From: a virus
Direction: 5' to 3' (one strand)
Virus record (IMG/VR): IMGVR_UViG_3300048599_000816
Span: 96,545 to 160,544 of that record
Length of the DNA stretch: 64,000 nt
Shown: positions 9,635-19,346 of the stretch, piece after piece
Layout: every line of letters begins with the position of its first letter
How positions within the stretch are numbered: the stretch's first letter is position 1
Program-made: the position numbers and the translations under genes
The notes under the pieces: model-generated
Database searches by the model: none
Seen by the model: only the letters and a program-made list of their open reading frames with translations
Told to the model about the DNA's origin: nothing

Positions 9635-10579
9635 TTATTTAAAAACATCAGTGCTGTTGACAATATTAAGACCTGCTTTTTCGAATTTTGCAAATTCAGC
9701 ATTTGCAATTGCTTCAAAATCGATTGTTGGGTGCTTTACTGAACTCATGCAATCTTTCAGAATCCATATTTTCTTGAGTACTTCAGGTTGATCTTTAAAA
9801 AACAAATACAATTGAAGGAGAGACTCAAGAACACAATGTGATTTTGCTTGTCCTGCAACGAGCAAACGATCATAACGACCCATAAGGTTAAGAAATGCTG
9901 TATTGATACCACCTCTTGGATTTTTAGGTACCAAAACTTCAGGACGGAAAATACCGAACATTTCAGTTTCAGGAACGTCACCTTTAAGTTGAAAACTGAT
10001 TTGTGACCGTCGAACAGCTGCATGGTAATAACAAATTTCATAGAGAGAAGGTACCAATGCATGTCCAGGTGTACCAAGCATAGTATGTTCTGGCCAAATC
10101 ATCAATGGCTTATTTGCTTGTTTTTCAAGAGTTTTCACGTAATCTAAAGACCAAATCGGATCAATAACTGGCTTAAATTTACCCGCTTCAATATCAGCAC
10201 TCGTAATAACAGTATAGGGTGCCGGATTTTTTCCATTTTCATCAACCCACCAATATCCATAGAAGATTTGAAATACCATGTGAGTATCGAGCGTAGGATA
10301 AATTGTTGTAATTTTGCTCATGTTATTGATGATAAGATCAATAATTCTAAACATATCAATTTCAGAATTATCAACATAAAGTTGACCAATAGGTGGGGGC
10401 AAACAGAAATCAATCTGACAGTCAATTAGAAGCAAGGCAACCCTTTGGCCAGGTTTATCCATTGCCGATGGCATTATAGGGTTACGAGCGGCCTCAGCTT
10501 TCACAGCTTGGATGTTTGGGACAAATAGTTGTCCGATTTTTTTCTCATCGAAAAAACTTGGTCTTGGTGCCATACACAA
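9635..10579 (-). CDS. isochorismatase-family hydrolase, possibly a nicotinamidase (PncA-like)
   Basis: ALLLIDCQIDFC (catalytic Asp motif D.Q.DF) and LLVAGQAKSHCV (catalytic Cys motif). Confidence 0.5.
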   Translation of the reverse strand: MCMAPRPSFFDEKKIGQLFVPNIQAVKAEAARNPIMPSAMDKPGQRVALLLIDCQIDFCLPPPIGQLYVDNSEIDMFRIIDLIINNMSKITTIYPTLDTHMVFQIFYGYWWVDENGKNPAPYTVITSADIEAGKFKPVIDPIWSLDYVKTLEKQANKPLMIWPEHTMLGTPGHALVPSLYEICYYHAAVRRSQISFQLKGDVPETEMFGIFRPEVLVPKNPRGGINTAFLNLMGRYDRLLVAGQAKSHCVLESLLQLYLFFKDQPEVLKKIWILKDCMSSVKHPTIDFEAIANAEFAKFEKAGLNIVNSTDVFK

Positions 10580-10591
10580 CTCCTTCTAAAG

Positions 10592-12463
10592 TTATTTTTT
10601 TATAAGTCTTAAAAAACTGACCTTGTGTTCTGATACAACTAAAATACCATCTTTATATAAATACGTAGTGTCACTAGAATCAACATATTTTTCAGTTTGT
10701 TTTTTCAAAGATAATTGCTTGTGTTTTTCAATCACAATACCCACATCAGTCGGGTGTATAATAGAAGAACCTGCTAATGTTTTCCCAGTGATGTTTCTCA
10801 TAGTTTCTGAATTTATAGATGTTGTTGTCATTGTATCAATAACTTTTCCAGTATCATCAATTAAGAAATAATGTGAATAAGTTCTTCCATCAGGATGTAA
10901 AGATTTTACAAGAAACAAAACTGTAGAAATTGATATTTCAGCATCAACTTCAATTATTTTTCCTTCAATTTTGGGAAGAGAAAATTCATATCTGCCTTTT
11001 GGAGAAAAAACAAAATAATGATATTGATTAAAGACTCTAAAAAAACAAAAACCCAGTCCTGTCCTTCCAACTTTAAACCAAGTTTGATTTTGTAAAGTTT
11101 GCGTAATTACTGTATCAGCAATGTTTTTTCCAAAAATTTCAGAAGATAAAAGTGTTTGTTCTGCGAGTCTATAAAGTTTTGTTGAACTACAACTAAAGAT
11201 TAAATAACCATCATATTTCAAAGTAGTTGTCTTTAGAACAGGCTGCAAACTAAGTGTTACTTCAAATATTTGAAGTTCATCATTGACACCTAATACAAGA
11301 TAATTTTTAAAAAAATCATATTGTACATCTTTTGTATGACCTGACCATAACTTAAAATCTTTTTTATCTTTATCTGAAATTATATGCAAGTTAGTTTGCA
11401 TCCCATTAAATTCGATAACTATTATTCTATTATCGTCAAGAACTTTTGAAAAAAGAATAGTTCCTTCAGTTTGAAAAAGAATATCACAAATACAAAAATC
11501 ATCGTGAATATCTTGTGTTACGACAATTTGTTGAATATTAACTGTAGGTTGCACAATTGGTACAAAACAAACAGAGCATTTTCCTCTACCTTTATAGTAA
11601 TAGTTGTTACAAACATTACATTTTACAAAAGAATTTTTATGACTATCTAAAAGAGACATTGGCAATTCTATTCTTTGATCAAGTTTAAAAATTTTGTCAA
11701 AATAATCAAGCAATTCTATACTTAAAGTTTCAGGTTTAATTGCTATTCTCGGATAAACTACACTTGAATCAAATACAGAAATTTTATTTTTTGCTCTATC
11801 TACTATTGTTTGTAAGGTATTATGAACACCACCAAAAGGATGTGTTAAAAGCAAACATTTAAAAAGCATAACAGCATAACTATACCAATCAGTCTCTTTT
11901 GAAAAGTATTGTTTTAAAGAAAGATCAACGCCATAAAGTCTTGGATCAAGAAACTGTTCTGTTCCTACTGCACAAGGATATTTTCCAAACTGAAATGAAT
12001 CAACATCAATAAAAACTGACAAGAATGAATTATTGTAAAGTACATTCATATCATTGTAATCACCAACAACAATGTTATTTGTATGCAAAACTTGCAATGT
12101 CTCTAACATATGTTTAAAGAATGTTATGATTTCATTGGGAGTTATTTGTTCTTGATTTCTATTTTTTTTGTTTGAAAGATAGACTGCTTCTTTACATTTT
12201 TTTGCAACATGCATAGAGAAACCAACAATGTTTGATTTTTCATCATACACAAGATCTAAGGGACATGCAATATTATCGGGTAATGTCAATTTCAAATCTA
12301 TGAAATCTTTAAGTTTTTTTGCTCGTTGAGGAGAGGGATTATGATAAATTTTTAAAGCGTGTTTTTTATAAAGAACGACTGTCGCTTCACCACCTGTACC
12401 AAGTGAGTCTTTATCGTCAACTTGGATTTTTTCTTTATTAAATATTAATGTCTTTGTTGTCAT
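10592..12463 (-). CDS. protein-kinase-like (Ser/Thr kinase fold) protein with Zn-ribbon and C-terminal domain
   Basis: Gly loop LGTGGEATVV, ALKI lysine, catalytic-loop-like HTNNIVVGDYNDMN (D...N), DFG-like FIDVDSFQFG. Cys-rich CNVCNNYYYKGRGKCSVC follows. Confidence 0.5.
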   Translation of the reverse strand: MTTKTLIFNKEKIQVDDKDSLGTGGEATVVLYKKHALKIYHNPSPQRAKKLKDFIDLKLTLPDNIACPLDLVYDEKSNIVGFSMHVAKKCKEAVYLSNKKNRNQEQITPNEIITFFKHMLETLQVLHTNNIVVGDYNDMNVLYNNSFLSVFIDVDSFQFGKYPCAVGTEQFLDPRLYGVDLSLKQYFSKETDWYSYAVMLFKCLLLTHPFGGVHNTLQTIVDRAKNKISVFDSSVVYPRIAIKPETLSIELLDYFDKIFKLDQRIELPMSLLDSHKNSFVKCNVCNNYYYKGRGKCSVCFVPIVQPTVNIQQIVVTQDIHDDFCICDILFQTEGTILFSKVLDDNRIIVIEFNGMQTNLHIISDKDKKDFKLWSGHTKDVQYDFFKNYLVLGVNDELQIFEVTLSLQPVLKTTTLKYDGYLIFSCSSTKLYRLAEQTLLSSEIFGKNIADTVITQTLQNQTWFKVGRTGLGFCFFRVFNQYHYFVFSPKGRYEFSLPKIEGKIIEVDAEISISTVLFLVKSLHPDGRTYSHYFLIDDTGKVIDTMTTTSINSETMRNITGKTLAGSSIIHPTDVGIVIEKHKQLSLKKQTEKYVDSSDTTYLYKDGILVVSEHKVSFLRLIKK

Positions 12464-12825
12464 TTTATTTTGCTTTTACTATAACCCTTCATATTCGTTA
12501 GATTAGGCAATACAATATCTTTCCATGTCCATAAATGACGTGTATTAGAACCATTACATAAATCATCGTTTTTGGGAAAGATTTCAACTGCTGAAACATC
12601 TACACCAAGCAAATCATCTTTAATCTCTTGTAAGATCATGTAATCTTTTATTGGGTTACAATCTATTCTCTGAATTAAAAGATGAGTATAGGTAATACCA
12701 TTATCTGATTGTACATCTTCACAAAGAATATCATAGATACCATCTTCAGTTTGCCAGCATTTTTTTATGTTCTTTAAATGTGGTAACTTTTCTAATGTAG
12801 ATGGACAATACCTTAAATATTTCAT
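12460..12825 (-). CDS. hypothetical protein
   Basis: ORF track; lies between the kinase and the phosphatase. Confidence 0.3.
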   Translation of the reverse strand: MKYLRYCPSTLEKLPHLKNIKKCWQTEDGIYDILCEDVQSDNGITYTHLLIQRIDCNPIKDYMILQEIKDDLLGVDVSAVEIFPKNDDLCNGSNTRHLWTWKDIVLPNLTNMKGYSKSKIK

Positions 12826-12828
12826 AAT

Positions 12829-13569
12829 CTATTCTTTTGTATGTTTCTCAATTACTATACATGTTGCATCATCTCCAAATAAACCATCATTTTGCCATAG
12901 ATTAAATTTTCTTTGAAGTTCACGTTTTTTTGTGCCATATAAGTCTGAATCAAGATTTTTATCGATTAAAGATTGTATGCCATCTGTACCAATAATGACG
13001 CTATCGATTTTTTCACAATCAAAAACATTGATAGTAAAGAAATTTAATTCTGTGGGTTTTTGTTGAAGAAATTCTTTGGGCACTGATTTATATGCTATAT
13101 ACTCAGGTTTACCTTCTTGATGAATTTCATGTATTTCATTATTAATGATAACAATGCCATCACCACAATTTGCTACAACAACTTTATCTTTCGTCACCAC
13201 ACAAAATAAACAAGTACTTAATAAAAACTCGTTTATAAACGAAATACGTTCAGGTTGTGATGCAACTTCAAAAAACAAAATCCCCTCGAGGCGCTTTATA
13301 AACAAATCAATTTCGTATTCAAGTTGTTTTTTTAAAATTTCAGCATCAAAAAAAGCATCTGGTTTAAACGCATTTCTTAAAAGATTTACCATGAAAGTAC
13401 TCAGTAATGCGGAACCAACTTCAGAATATTTACTTTGACCACATCCATCGCATACAACACCTATTAATAAATCGGGTGAAACATGAGTATGAAAAAAGTC
13501 TTGTTTGTTCTTTTTAGAAAACTCATGTTCACGGCCTATTATAGATGCTTTATTTAAAACCCAGCTCAT
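12829..13569 (-). CDS. PP2C-family Ser/Thr protein phosphatase
   Basis: GVVCDGCGQS, VVVANCGDGIVII, IIGTDGIQ (PP2C metal-binding Asp/Gly motifs). Confidence 0.55.
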   Translation of the reverse strand: MSWVLNKASIIGREHEFSKKNKQDFFHTHVSPDLLIGVVCDGCGQSKYSEVGSALLSTFMVNLLRNAFKPDAFFDAEILKKQLEYEIDLFIKRLEGILFFEVASQPERISFINEFLLSTCLFCVVTKDKVVVANCGDGIVIINNEIHEIHQEGKPEYIAYKSVPKEFLQQKPTELNFFTINVFDCEKIDSVIIGTDGIQSLIDKNLDSDLYGTKKRELQRKFNLWQNDGLFGDDATCIVIEKHTKE

Positions 13570-13982
13570 TATAGACCCTTTGAGTTTTTGTGAGTAAGAA
13601 GAATTTGCATACCTTTTGTTTTTGTCACGTCACCAGATAACGGATCAAGAAGTGACTTTAATGCTGTCTTATCTTGAACTGTTCGCCATCTCAAGTTAAT
13701 GTGTTTGTTTGCAGCTTGAATTGCAATAAAATCACCTGCACGACGACCATAACATCTTCTTATGAAGCCTACATCATCTTGTTTTGTTGCAAATTCAGAG
13801 AGGATATAACCCTGTTTTGTAGGGTGAACACCAATACCTTGCAGACGCAATTTTCGAATAATTGTATAGATTGAACTTACTGTCAAACCACAAAGTTCTG
13901 CAAGTTGATTTGCTGTTAGATATGAATTTTCAATTAATGCAGTATGCACTTTTTTGAACATATCATTAGTCTTGGGTTTCAT
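13569..13982 (-). CDS. winged-helix HTH DNA-binding protein
   Basis: LTANQLAELCGLTVSSIYTIIRKLR helix-turn-helix. Confidence 0.35.
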   Translation of the reverse strand: MKPKTNDMFKKVHTALIENSYLTANQLAELCGLTVSSIYTIIRKLRLQGIGVHPTKQGYILSEFATKQDDVGFIRRCYGRRAGDFIAIQAANKHINLRWRTVQDKTALKSLLDPLSGDVTKTKGMQILLTHKNSKGL

Positions 13983-13990
13983 AGGTCTCC

Positions 13991-14428
13991 TTATAATTGA
14001 AATGATGTGCGAAGAATTTGTACAGCTTCATTTGCTTCTATAAGTGCTTCAGCACTTTTTCTATAAAAATGAGATTTTTTTAACATGTCAAGAGCATCAG
14101 AACGATCAGGTTCATCCATTGTTTTTAATTTTTTCACAAATTCATTAGTAACAGACATTCCTATCGGGAGATGTTTAGAATTATGAGAATTCTGTTCGAC
14201 TGTAGCAGGGAGATTTGAGTTAGAAGATTTTTTAAATACCAACTTATATTTATGGTTCGCGTTAATAATTTTACAACCATTATTCTTTTTATTAACATCA
14301 TGAACACCACTATATAATGCCTGTTTTGATATCTCAAGTGTTTTCATTATTTCTTCAGACGAAAAACCATCAGGTGCATCAGTCAACAATTGAACTATAC
14401 GATCTTTTGTAGTAACTTTTTTACTCAT
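13991..14428 (-). CDS. hypothetical protein (possible regulator)
   Basis: ORF track. Confidence 0.3.
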   Translation of the reverse strand: MSKKVTTKDRIVQLLTDAPDGFSSEEIMKTLEISKQALYSGVHDVNKKNNGCKIINANHKYKLVFKKSSNSNLPATVEQNSHNSKHLPIGMSVTNEFVKKLKTMDEPDRSDALDMLKKSHFYRKSAEALIEANEAVQILRTSFQL

Positions 14429-14624
14429 GTTTTTTATCTCCTTTTATTGTTGATCTGTATAATAATCCTTGATTTATTAACCATCTTACCTGATGTTGTA
14501 AGTTTCTGCCGTCTTCTTTAGCAGACGACATTACCTTTTCATGCATCTCTTCTGTGACTCTAAGATTTGATATCCCTAAAGTTTTCACTAAATTTTGTTC
14601 TGTTTTATCTGTTGTTGTTTTCAT
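14421..14624 (-). CDS. small ribbon-helix-helix/Arc-like DNA-binding protein (putative)
   Basis: 67 aa; it follows the palindromic TTAAC-rich intergenic region on the minus strand. Confidence 0.3.
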   Translation of the reverse strand: MKTTTDKTEQNLVKTLGISNLRVTEEMHEKVMSSAKEDGRNLQHQVRWLINQGLLYRSTIKGDKKHE

Positions 14625-14650
14625 ATGATCTATAATCTATATCATATGTT

Positions 14651-14695
14651 TTAACCAGGGTTAACAAATTTACACAATTTTTAACAAAATTTAAC
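14651..14695. promoter_or_regulatory. operator-like palindrome TTAACC-AG-GGTTAA with additional TTAAC repeats
   Basis: ttaaccagggttaa, then ttaac again at about 14681 and 14691, in the 175-nt gap upstream (minus strand) of the RHH-like gene. Confidence 0.35.
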
Positions 14696-14800
14696 ATTTT
14701 TTAGATAAGACAGTTTTGTTTATTTTTGTGGTATTTTAAAAGTAGGAGAACAAAGTGCTCATTATAGCATCAATGACGCACTTTGTAAAAATTGTTACGG

Positions 14801-15178
14801 TTAATAGCCAGTCTCTTGTCGTTTGAAATTGACATCTTGTTTTCTTTTTACTTCTTCTAACAATTCTTTTGCTGTCATATTATGAGTTAAAGCTGTATTT
14901 AAGACAAAAATAAACATATCAGCAATCTCATCTCTTACTTCTTTTTCGCCTTTACTGTCGTCTTGAGTCTTATGTGACTTATAATTTCCTACAGCACTAA
15001 TAAACTCGCCAACTTCTTGGTATAAGAGTAATGCAAGTTCTTTGCTAAATCTTGATTTTTCTTTTTTGTCAAATTCAGCAAGCGGTTTGTTAGGAAATTG
15101 ATCGCTTTTTGAAATAAGCAAGTTTTCAAAAACTTCTTGTCTTTCATAAATTTCAGCAAAAATAACATTAGTGTCCAT
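14801..15178 (-). CDS. MazG-like nucleoside-triphosphate pyrophosphohydrolase
   Basis: EVGEFISAV and EIADMFIFVLNTA motifs. Start set at the internal ATG (MDTNVIF) preceded by an AGGAGAAA-like Shine-Dalgarno sequence; the longer ORF-track N-terminus is probably not coding. Confidence 0.5.
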   Translation of the reverse strand: MDTNVIFAEIYERQEVFENLLISKSDQFPNKPLAEFDKKEKSRFSKELALLLYQEVGEFISAVGNYKSHKTQDDSKGEKEVRDEIADMFIFVLNTALTHNMTAKELLEEVKRKQDVNFKRQETGY

Positions 15179-15285
15179 ATTTTCTCCTTTTACTTGTTTA
15201 TATATTCTTATTTTAAAAGTTACAAAAAACTTTTTTAAATATAATAATATATTCAAGTAAGAAACAAAACATCTAAGGAGAAAAA

Positions 15286-15780
15286 ATGCAAGCTCTAAAC
15301 GTAGGATGTCATGACATCCATATTTCTGGAATGTTGAATATTGATATTGATCCTGCAATGAAACCAGATCTTTTGTTAGATTGTACTAAGTTAGCTGAAC
15401 ACTTTGACCAAGAATCAATTGATTTTGTTTATATGGGACACTTTCTTGAACATTTAACAATTCAAGAAGGAAAGAAAGTAGTTGCTGACATTTTTCGTAT
15501 TTTAAAACAATATGGTAGTGTTGTCATTACTATTCCCGACTACACAAAATGTGATGGTCTAACTATTACGGAGGTTGAAAGCGTAGTAATAGCAGGAGGT
15601 CAACATAAAACTCTTATGAATATTGAACGAGTCAAAGAATATATGCATGAAGCTGGATTTTGTACTATTGCTGAGATTCAACCCAAAGAAACACCTCATT
15701 GTCCTTTCCCTGAAGTAACATGGCAAACAAGTGCAATTGGTATCAAACACCCTGTGGTAAGATTTCATGGAATCAACTAA
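15286..15780 (+). CDS. class I SAM-dependent methyltransferase (putative)
   Basis: LNVGCHD...FVYMGHFLEHL Methyltransf_11-like pattern; good RBS (aaggagaaaaaATG). Confidence 0.4.
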   Translation: MQALNVGCHDIHISGMLNIDIDPAMKPDLLLDCTKLAEHFDQESIDFVYMGHFLEHLTIQEGKKVVADIFRILKQYGSVVITIPDYTKCDGLTITEVESVVIAGGQHKTLMNIERVKEYMHEAGFCTIAEIQPKETPHCPFPEVTWQTSAIGIKHPVVRFHGIN

Positions 15781-16459
15781 CACAACAGGATATTTTCACG
15801 TTGCTTTAATGCAAAATCTTGGTGGGTTTTCTGTTGCATCAGAAATGCATGGTCGTTTTTTACAATCAGGTTTGTATGATGCAACAGATGAAATCAATAT
15901 AGTGATTCTTGGTGACAAAACGCAAGCTAACTTCTTTATTGATTATATTGTAAACACTCATAAAAAATATAAACTCAGATTTTTTGACCCAAATATTTCA
16001 TTATATGAATGGCCAACTTTATCTTGCATTTATGAAGATTGCAAAACATCAAACAATGATGTCTGGTATGTACATACAAAAGGTGCAAGTAATTGTAGAC
16101 CTGACGTACCTGCAAGAATCCAAAGAAATATAAGATCGTGGCGAGGTGTAATGTCTTACAATATTATTGGAAAACACAAACTTTGCAAAGAAATATTGAG
16201 TGAAGGAATTGATGCTACTGGTGCTTTTTATCAAAAAGAAGTTAATTGTTTTTCTGGTAATTTTTGGTGGTCAAAAGCAAGTCACATACGTTCATTAAAA
16301 GAACCTATGGGAACTAGAAATGAAGCTGAACTTTGGGTGTGTACTAACCAGCAAGCAAAATATGAAAGTTTATATGATTTTGCAAGACTTGACATTTATG
16401 ATTTTGAAAATTTTTATGGTGAAAAAGGTTCTTTATGTTACAGTCCAGGTAGTATTTAA
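15767..16459 (+). CDS. hypothetical protein
   Basis: ORF track; overlaps the upstream plus-strand gene by 14 nt. Confidence 0.3.
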   Translation: MESTNTTGYFHVALMQNLGGFSVASEMHGRFLQSGLYDATDEINIVILGDKTQANFFIDYIVNTHKKYKLRFFDPNISLYEWPTLSCIYEDCKTSNNDVWYVHTKGASNCRPDVPARIQRNIRSWRGVMSYNIIGKHKLCKEILSEGIDATGAFYQKEVNCFSGNFWWSKASHIRSLKEPMGTRNEAELWVCTNQQAKYESLYDFARLDIYDFENFYGEKGSLCYSPGSI

Positions 16460-17449
16460 AGAATTTTCAAAAACAACTTTTTTACAACCCTTTGTTATAA
16501 CACCAATTTTGTAAGCATCATAAGATTTAGACAAATAATCTATAACTTTATTTGCTTTTTCAGGACTTACAACAACAGTTACACCAACACCCATATTAAA
16601 TGTACGAAGCATATCTTGATCAGAGACTTTTCCGATGTCTTTTATTCTTTTAAAAACATCTAAAACTCTAACTTTATTAAGATCAATAACAGCATTTACA
16701 TTTTCTGGTAAGATTCTATCTAAATTCTCACCTATGCCTCCACCAGTAATGTGTGCCATACCATTCACTTCACTGAACACTCCACATAAAGCTTTGTAAT
16801 ATGGCGTGTGAGGCTTCATAATATTTTGCATAAAATTTTGATCAGACATTAATTCTGGATGTTCTATAAGTATAGCCCTTATAAGAGTATATCCATTTGT
16901 ATGTGGACCATTAGAACTTATAGCTATGACAATATCGTTTTCTTTAATTGCACTTCCATCAACGATTTTCGATCTATCTACAATACCAACAATTGAAGAT
17001 GACAAAATATAAGTTCCTATTGGTATGACACCAGGTTGCTCAGAAGTTTCTCCTCCAACAAGAGTACAACCATTTAATTGACAAGCGTCAGCCATTGCCT
17101 TCACCATTCGTTTTACTTTATCGCTTTCCAATTTCCCGCAAACTATGCAATCTTGAACAACAAATGGATGAGCACCTACCATGATACAATCATTCACTAA
17201 ATGATTGATCATATCATAACAAATAGACTCATACATGTCAAATCCAAATGCGAGAAGTTGCTTTGATCCTGGCTCTTCTGTTTTTGTAACTATAACAGGA
17301 TCAGAAAAATTAAGCTTCGAAAAATCTGATATAGATGCAAATGCACCTACTTTGTTTAAAACAGAGGGGTTATCGAACAAAATTTCTTTAAAACCAGATT
17401 TAAGTGTATTTGCTTTATCAATATCAACACCAGATGTTTTATAATCCAT
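16433..17449 (-). CDS. purM: phosphoribosylformylglycinamidine cyclo-ligase (AIR synthetase, PurM-like)
   Basis: N-terminal YKTSGVDIDKAN, GGETSEQPGV, HITGGGIGENL. Confidence 0.65.
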   Translation of the reverse strand: MDYKTSGVDIDKANTLKSGFKEILFDNPSVLNKVGAFASISDFSKLNFSDPVIVTKTEEPGSKQLLAFGFDMYESICYDMINHLVNDCIMVGAHPFVVQDCIVCGKLESDKVKRMVKAMADACQLNGCTLVGGETSEQPGVIPIGTYILSSSIVGIVDRSKIVDGSAIKENDIVIAISSNGPHTNGYTLIRAILIEHPELMSDQNFMQNIMKPHTPYYKALCGVFSEVNGMAHITGGGIGENLDRILPENVNAVIDLNKVRVLDVFKRIKDIGKVSDQDMLRTFNMGVGVTVVVSPEKANKVIDYLSKSYDAYKIGVITKGCKKVVFENSLNTTWTVT

Positions 17450-17624
17450 TTGTTTCCTTCAAATTTTCATCAGTAGTTATTTTTCTTTCAGACAGTTGTT
17501 TTAACTCTCTATAAATTTTATTAAGTTGTATTTTCTTTGCTTTCGTAGGTTTTTCAGTTTCTTTCAAGAATTCTATCTCATTCTCTAAAGAAATAGCTAA
17601 CCTGCATAAATCATCTTTTTTCAT
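17439..17624 (-). CDS. hypothetical small protein
   Basis: ORF track. Confidence 0.25.
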   Translation of the reverse strand: MKKDDLCRLAISLENEIEFLKETEKPTKAKKIQLNKIYRELKQLSERKITTDENLKETNGL

Positions 17625-19330
17625 AATTTAAAACTCCAATCTTGTGCTATTGGAATTCTTCTTCCAAAACCAAAATCCTTTTTATGCATCTTAATACCTA
17701 TAGGTGCTTGACGTCGTTTAAACTCAGCTTTCTTTATTAAAGAGCAAACTTTTGCTGCAGCAGCTTGATTTGCATGAACTACTTCAATGCATTCTTGCTT
17801 TTCTACATGATTTAACAAATCGCCTTCAATAAAATATTTGAGGATTGCATCAAGAATCGGATATGGTGGCAAACTATCAGTATCTTTCTGTCCAGGCGCC
17901 AATTCAGCAGATGGTTCTTTATCTATAATAATTTGAGGTATCATTTCTTTCCCATGTTTTTCATTGAAATACTTTGAAGCACCAAAAACTTCCATCTTAT
18001 ACATACCAGAAATTGGAGATAGACCACCACACATATCTCCATACATTGTACAATAACCAACAGAAAGTTCGCTTTTATTTCCTGTTGAAAGAACTAAATA
18101 ACCATATCTGTTTGAATAGGCCATTAATATAATTCCACGAATACGAGCTTGTAAATTCTCTTCCATTATTCCCATTTTTTCAACAGACCCAAACACGTCA
18201 TTAAATCCTTTTATAATACTTTCATAATATGCTCGTATCGGTACAGTGTGAAATGCAATTCCAAGATTCTTACACAAAGTCTCAGAATCTTTCCAGCTTC
18301 CTTCTGATGACCATTCTGATGGCATTGTAATACCAAGAACTCTATCTGGTCCAAGAGCATCTCTTGCCAAAGCTGATACTAAAGCACTATCAATACCACC
18401 TGACTCTCCAATACAAACTCCTTTAAACCCGCATTTTTCAACATAAGACTTTATTCCATAAATTGCTTGTTCTGTAAAAAACTGAAATTTTGACTTCCAA
18501 GGTTTGTGTAAAAGACCTTCAGCATTAACACCTTGTACATGATAAGGAAGAATGTTATCATCAATAGTGTCTATTCGTTCTTTAAAAGCAGGCATTGTAT
18601 GAACAATAACGCCTCTTTTGTTTGTCACAAAAGAATTACCATCAAAAACAATGTCGTCATTGCCACCAACCTGATTAACATAAATAATAGGCATTGCATA
18701 TTGCCGACTAATTTTCTTTACCATTTCAATTTTTTCTTCATGTTTCCCTACAACAGAAGGCGAACCATTTATTGAAATAACAAATTCAGCATTTGCATTG
18801 AAAAGATCCTGCATTGGATTTACAGAATAAAGGGACTTATCGTTTTCCCACCAAAGATCTTCACAAATTACAATACCGATTCTGACACCTTTGAATTGAA
18901 ACAAACCCATTTCTTTACCAGGTTCGAAATATCGAGCTTCATCAAAAACATCATAGGTAGGTAATAACCTTTTCCTATAATTAAATATGATCTCGCCTTT
19001 GTAGCAAACTGCAGCGGAATTAAAAAGATCTTTTCCTTGCCCCTTATTTCTTTCAACATAACCAACAATAATCAATGAATCGGCATTTTTTGTTTGTTCA
19101 AGCAAAGACTGTAAAGCCAAATATTGTTTGTCAATAAATTGACTTAGATCTGCTAAGTCAAGTAAAGGATAACCACAAATTGTCAATTCAGGAAATATGA
19201 AAATTTGTTTTGAAACTGTTTTAGCAGGTTCTGTTAATGCACATTTCTTCTGTAATGCATCTATAATTTTTGCAACATTACCATCAAAATCACCTACTTT
19301 AGTGTCAATTTGACAAAGATTTATCTGCAT
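17621..19330 (-). CDS. nadE: glutamine-dependent NAD+ synthetase (CN-hydrolase domain plus NadE domain)
   Basis: N-terminal nitrilase-type domain (FIFPELTICGYP, IVICEDLWW) and C-terminal GESGGIDSALV P-loop signature of NAD synthetase. Confidence 0.85.
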   Translation of the reverse strand: MQINLCQIDTKVGDFDGNVAKIIDALQKKCALTEPAKTVSKQIFIFPELTICGYPLLDLADLSQFIDKQYLALQSLLEQTKNADSLIIVGYVERNKGQGKDLFNSAAVCYKGEIIFNYRKRLLPTYDVFDEARYFEPGKEMGLFQFKGVRIGIVICEDLWWENDKSLYSVNPMQDLFNANAEFVISINGSPSVVGKHEEKIEMVKKISRQYAMPIIYVNQVGGNDDIVFDGNSFVTNKRGVIVHTMPAFKERIDTIDDNILPYHVQGVNAEGLLHKPWKSKFQFFTEQAIYGIKSYVEKCGFKGVCIGESGGIDSALVSALARDALGPDRVLGITMPSEWSSEGSWKDSETLCKNLGIAFHTVPIRAYYESIIKGFNDVFGSVEKMGIMEENLQARIRGIILMAYSNRYGYLVLSTGNKSELSVGYCTMYGDMCGGLSPISGMYKMEVFGASKYFNEKHGKEMIPQIIIDKEPSAELAPGQKDTDSLPPYPILDAILKYFIEGDLLNHVEKQECIEVVHANQAAAAKVCSLIKKAEFKRRQAPIGIKMHKKDFGFGRRIPIAQDWSFKL

Positions 19331-19346
19331 TTTTACTCCTGTTAAA

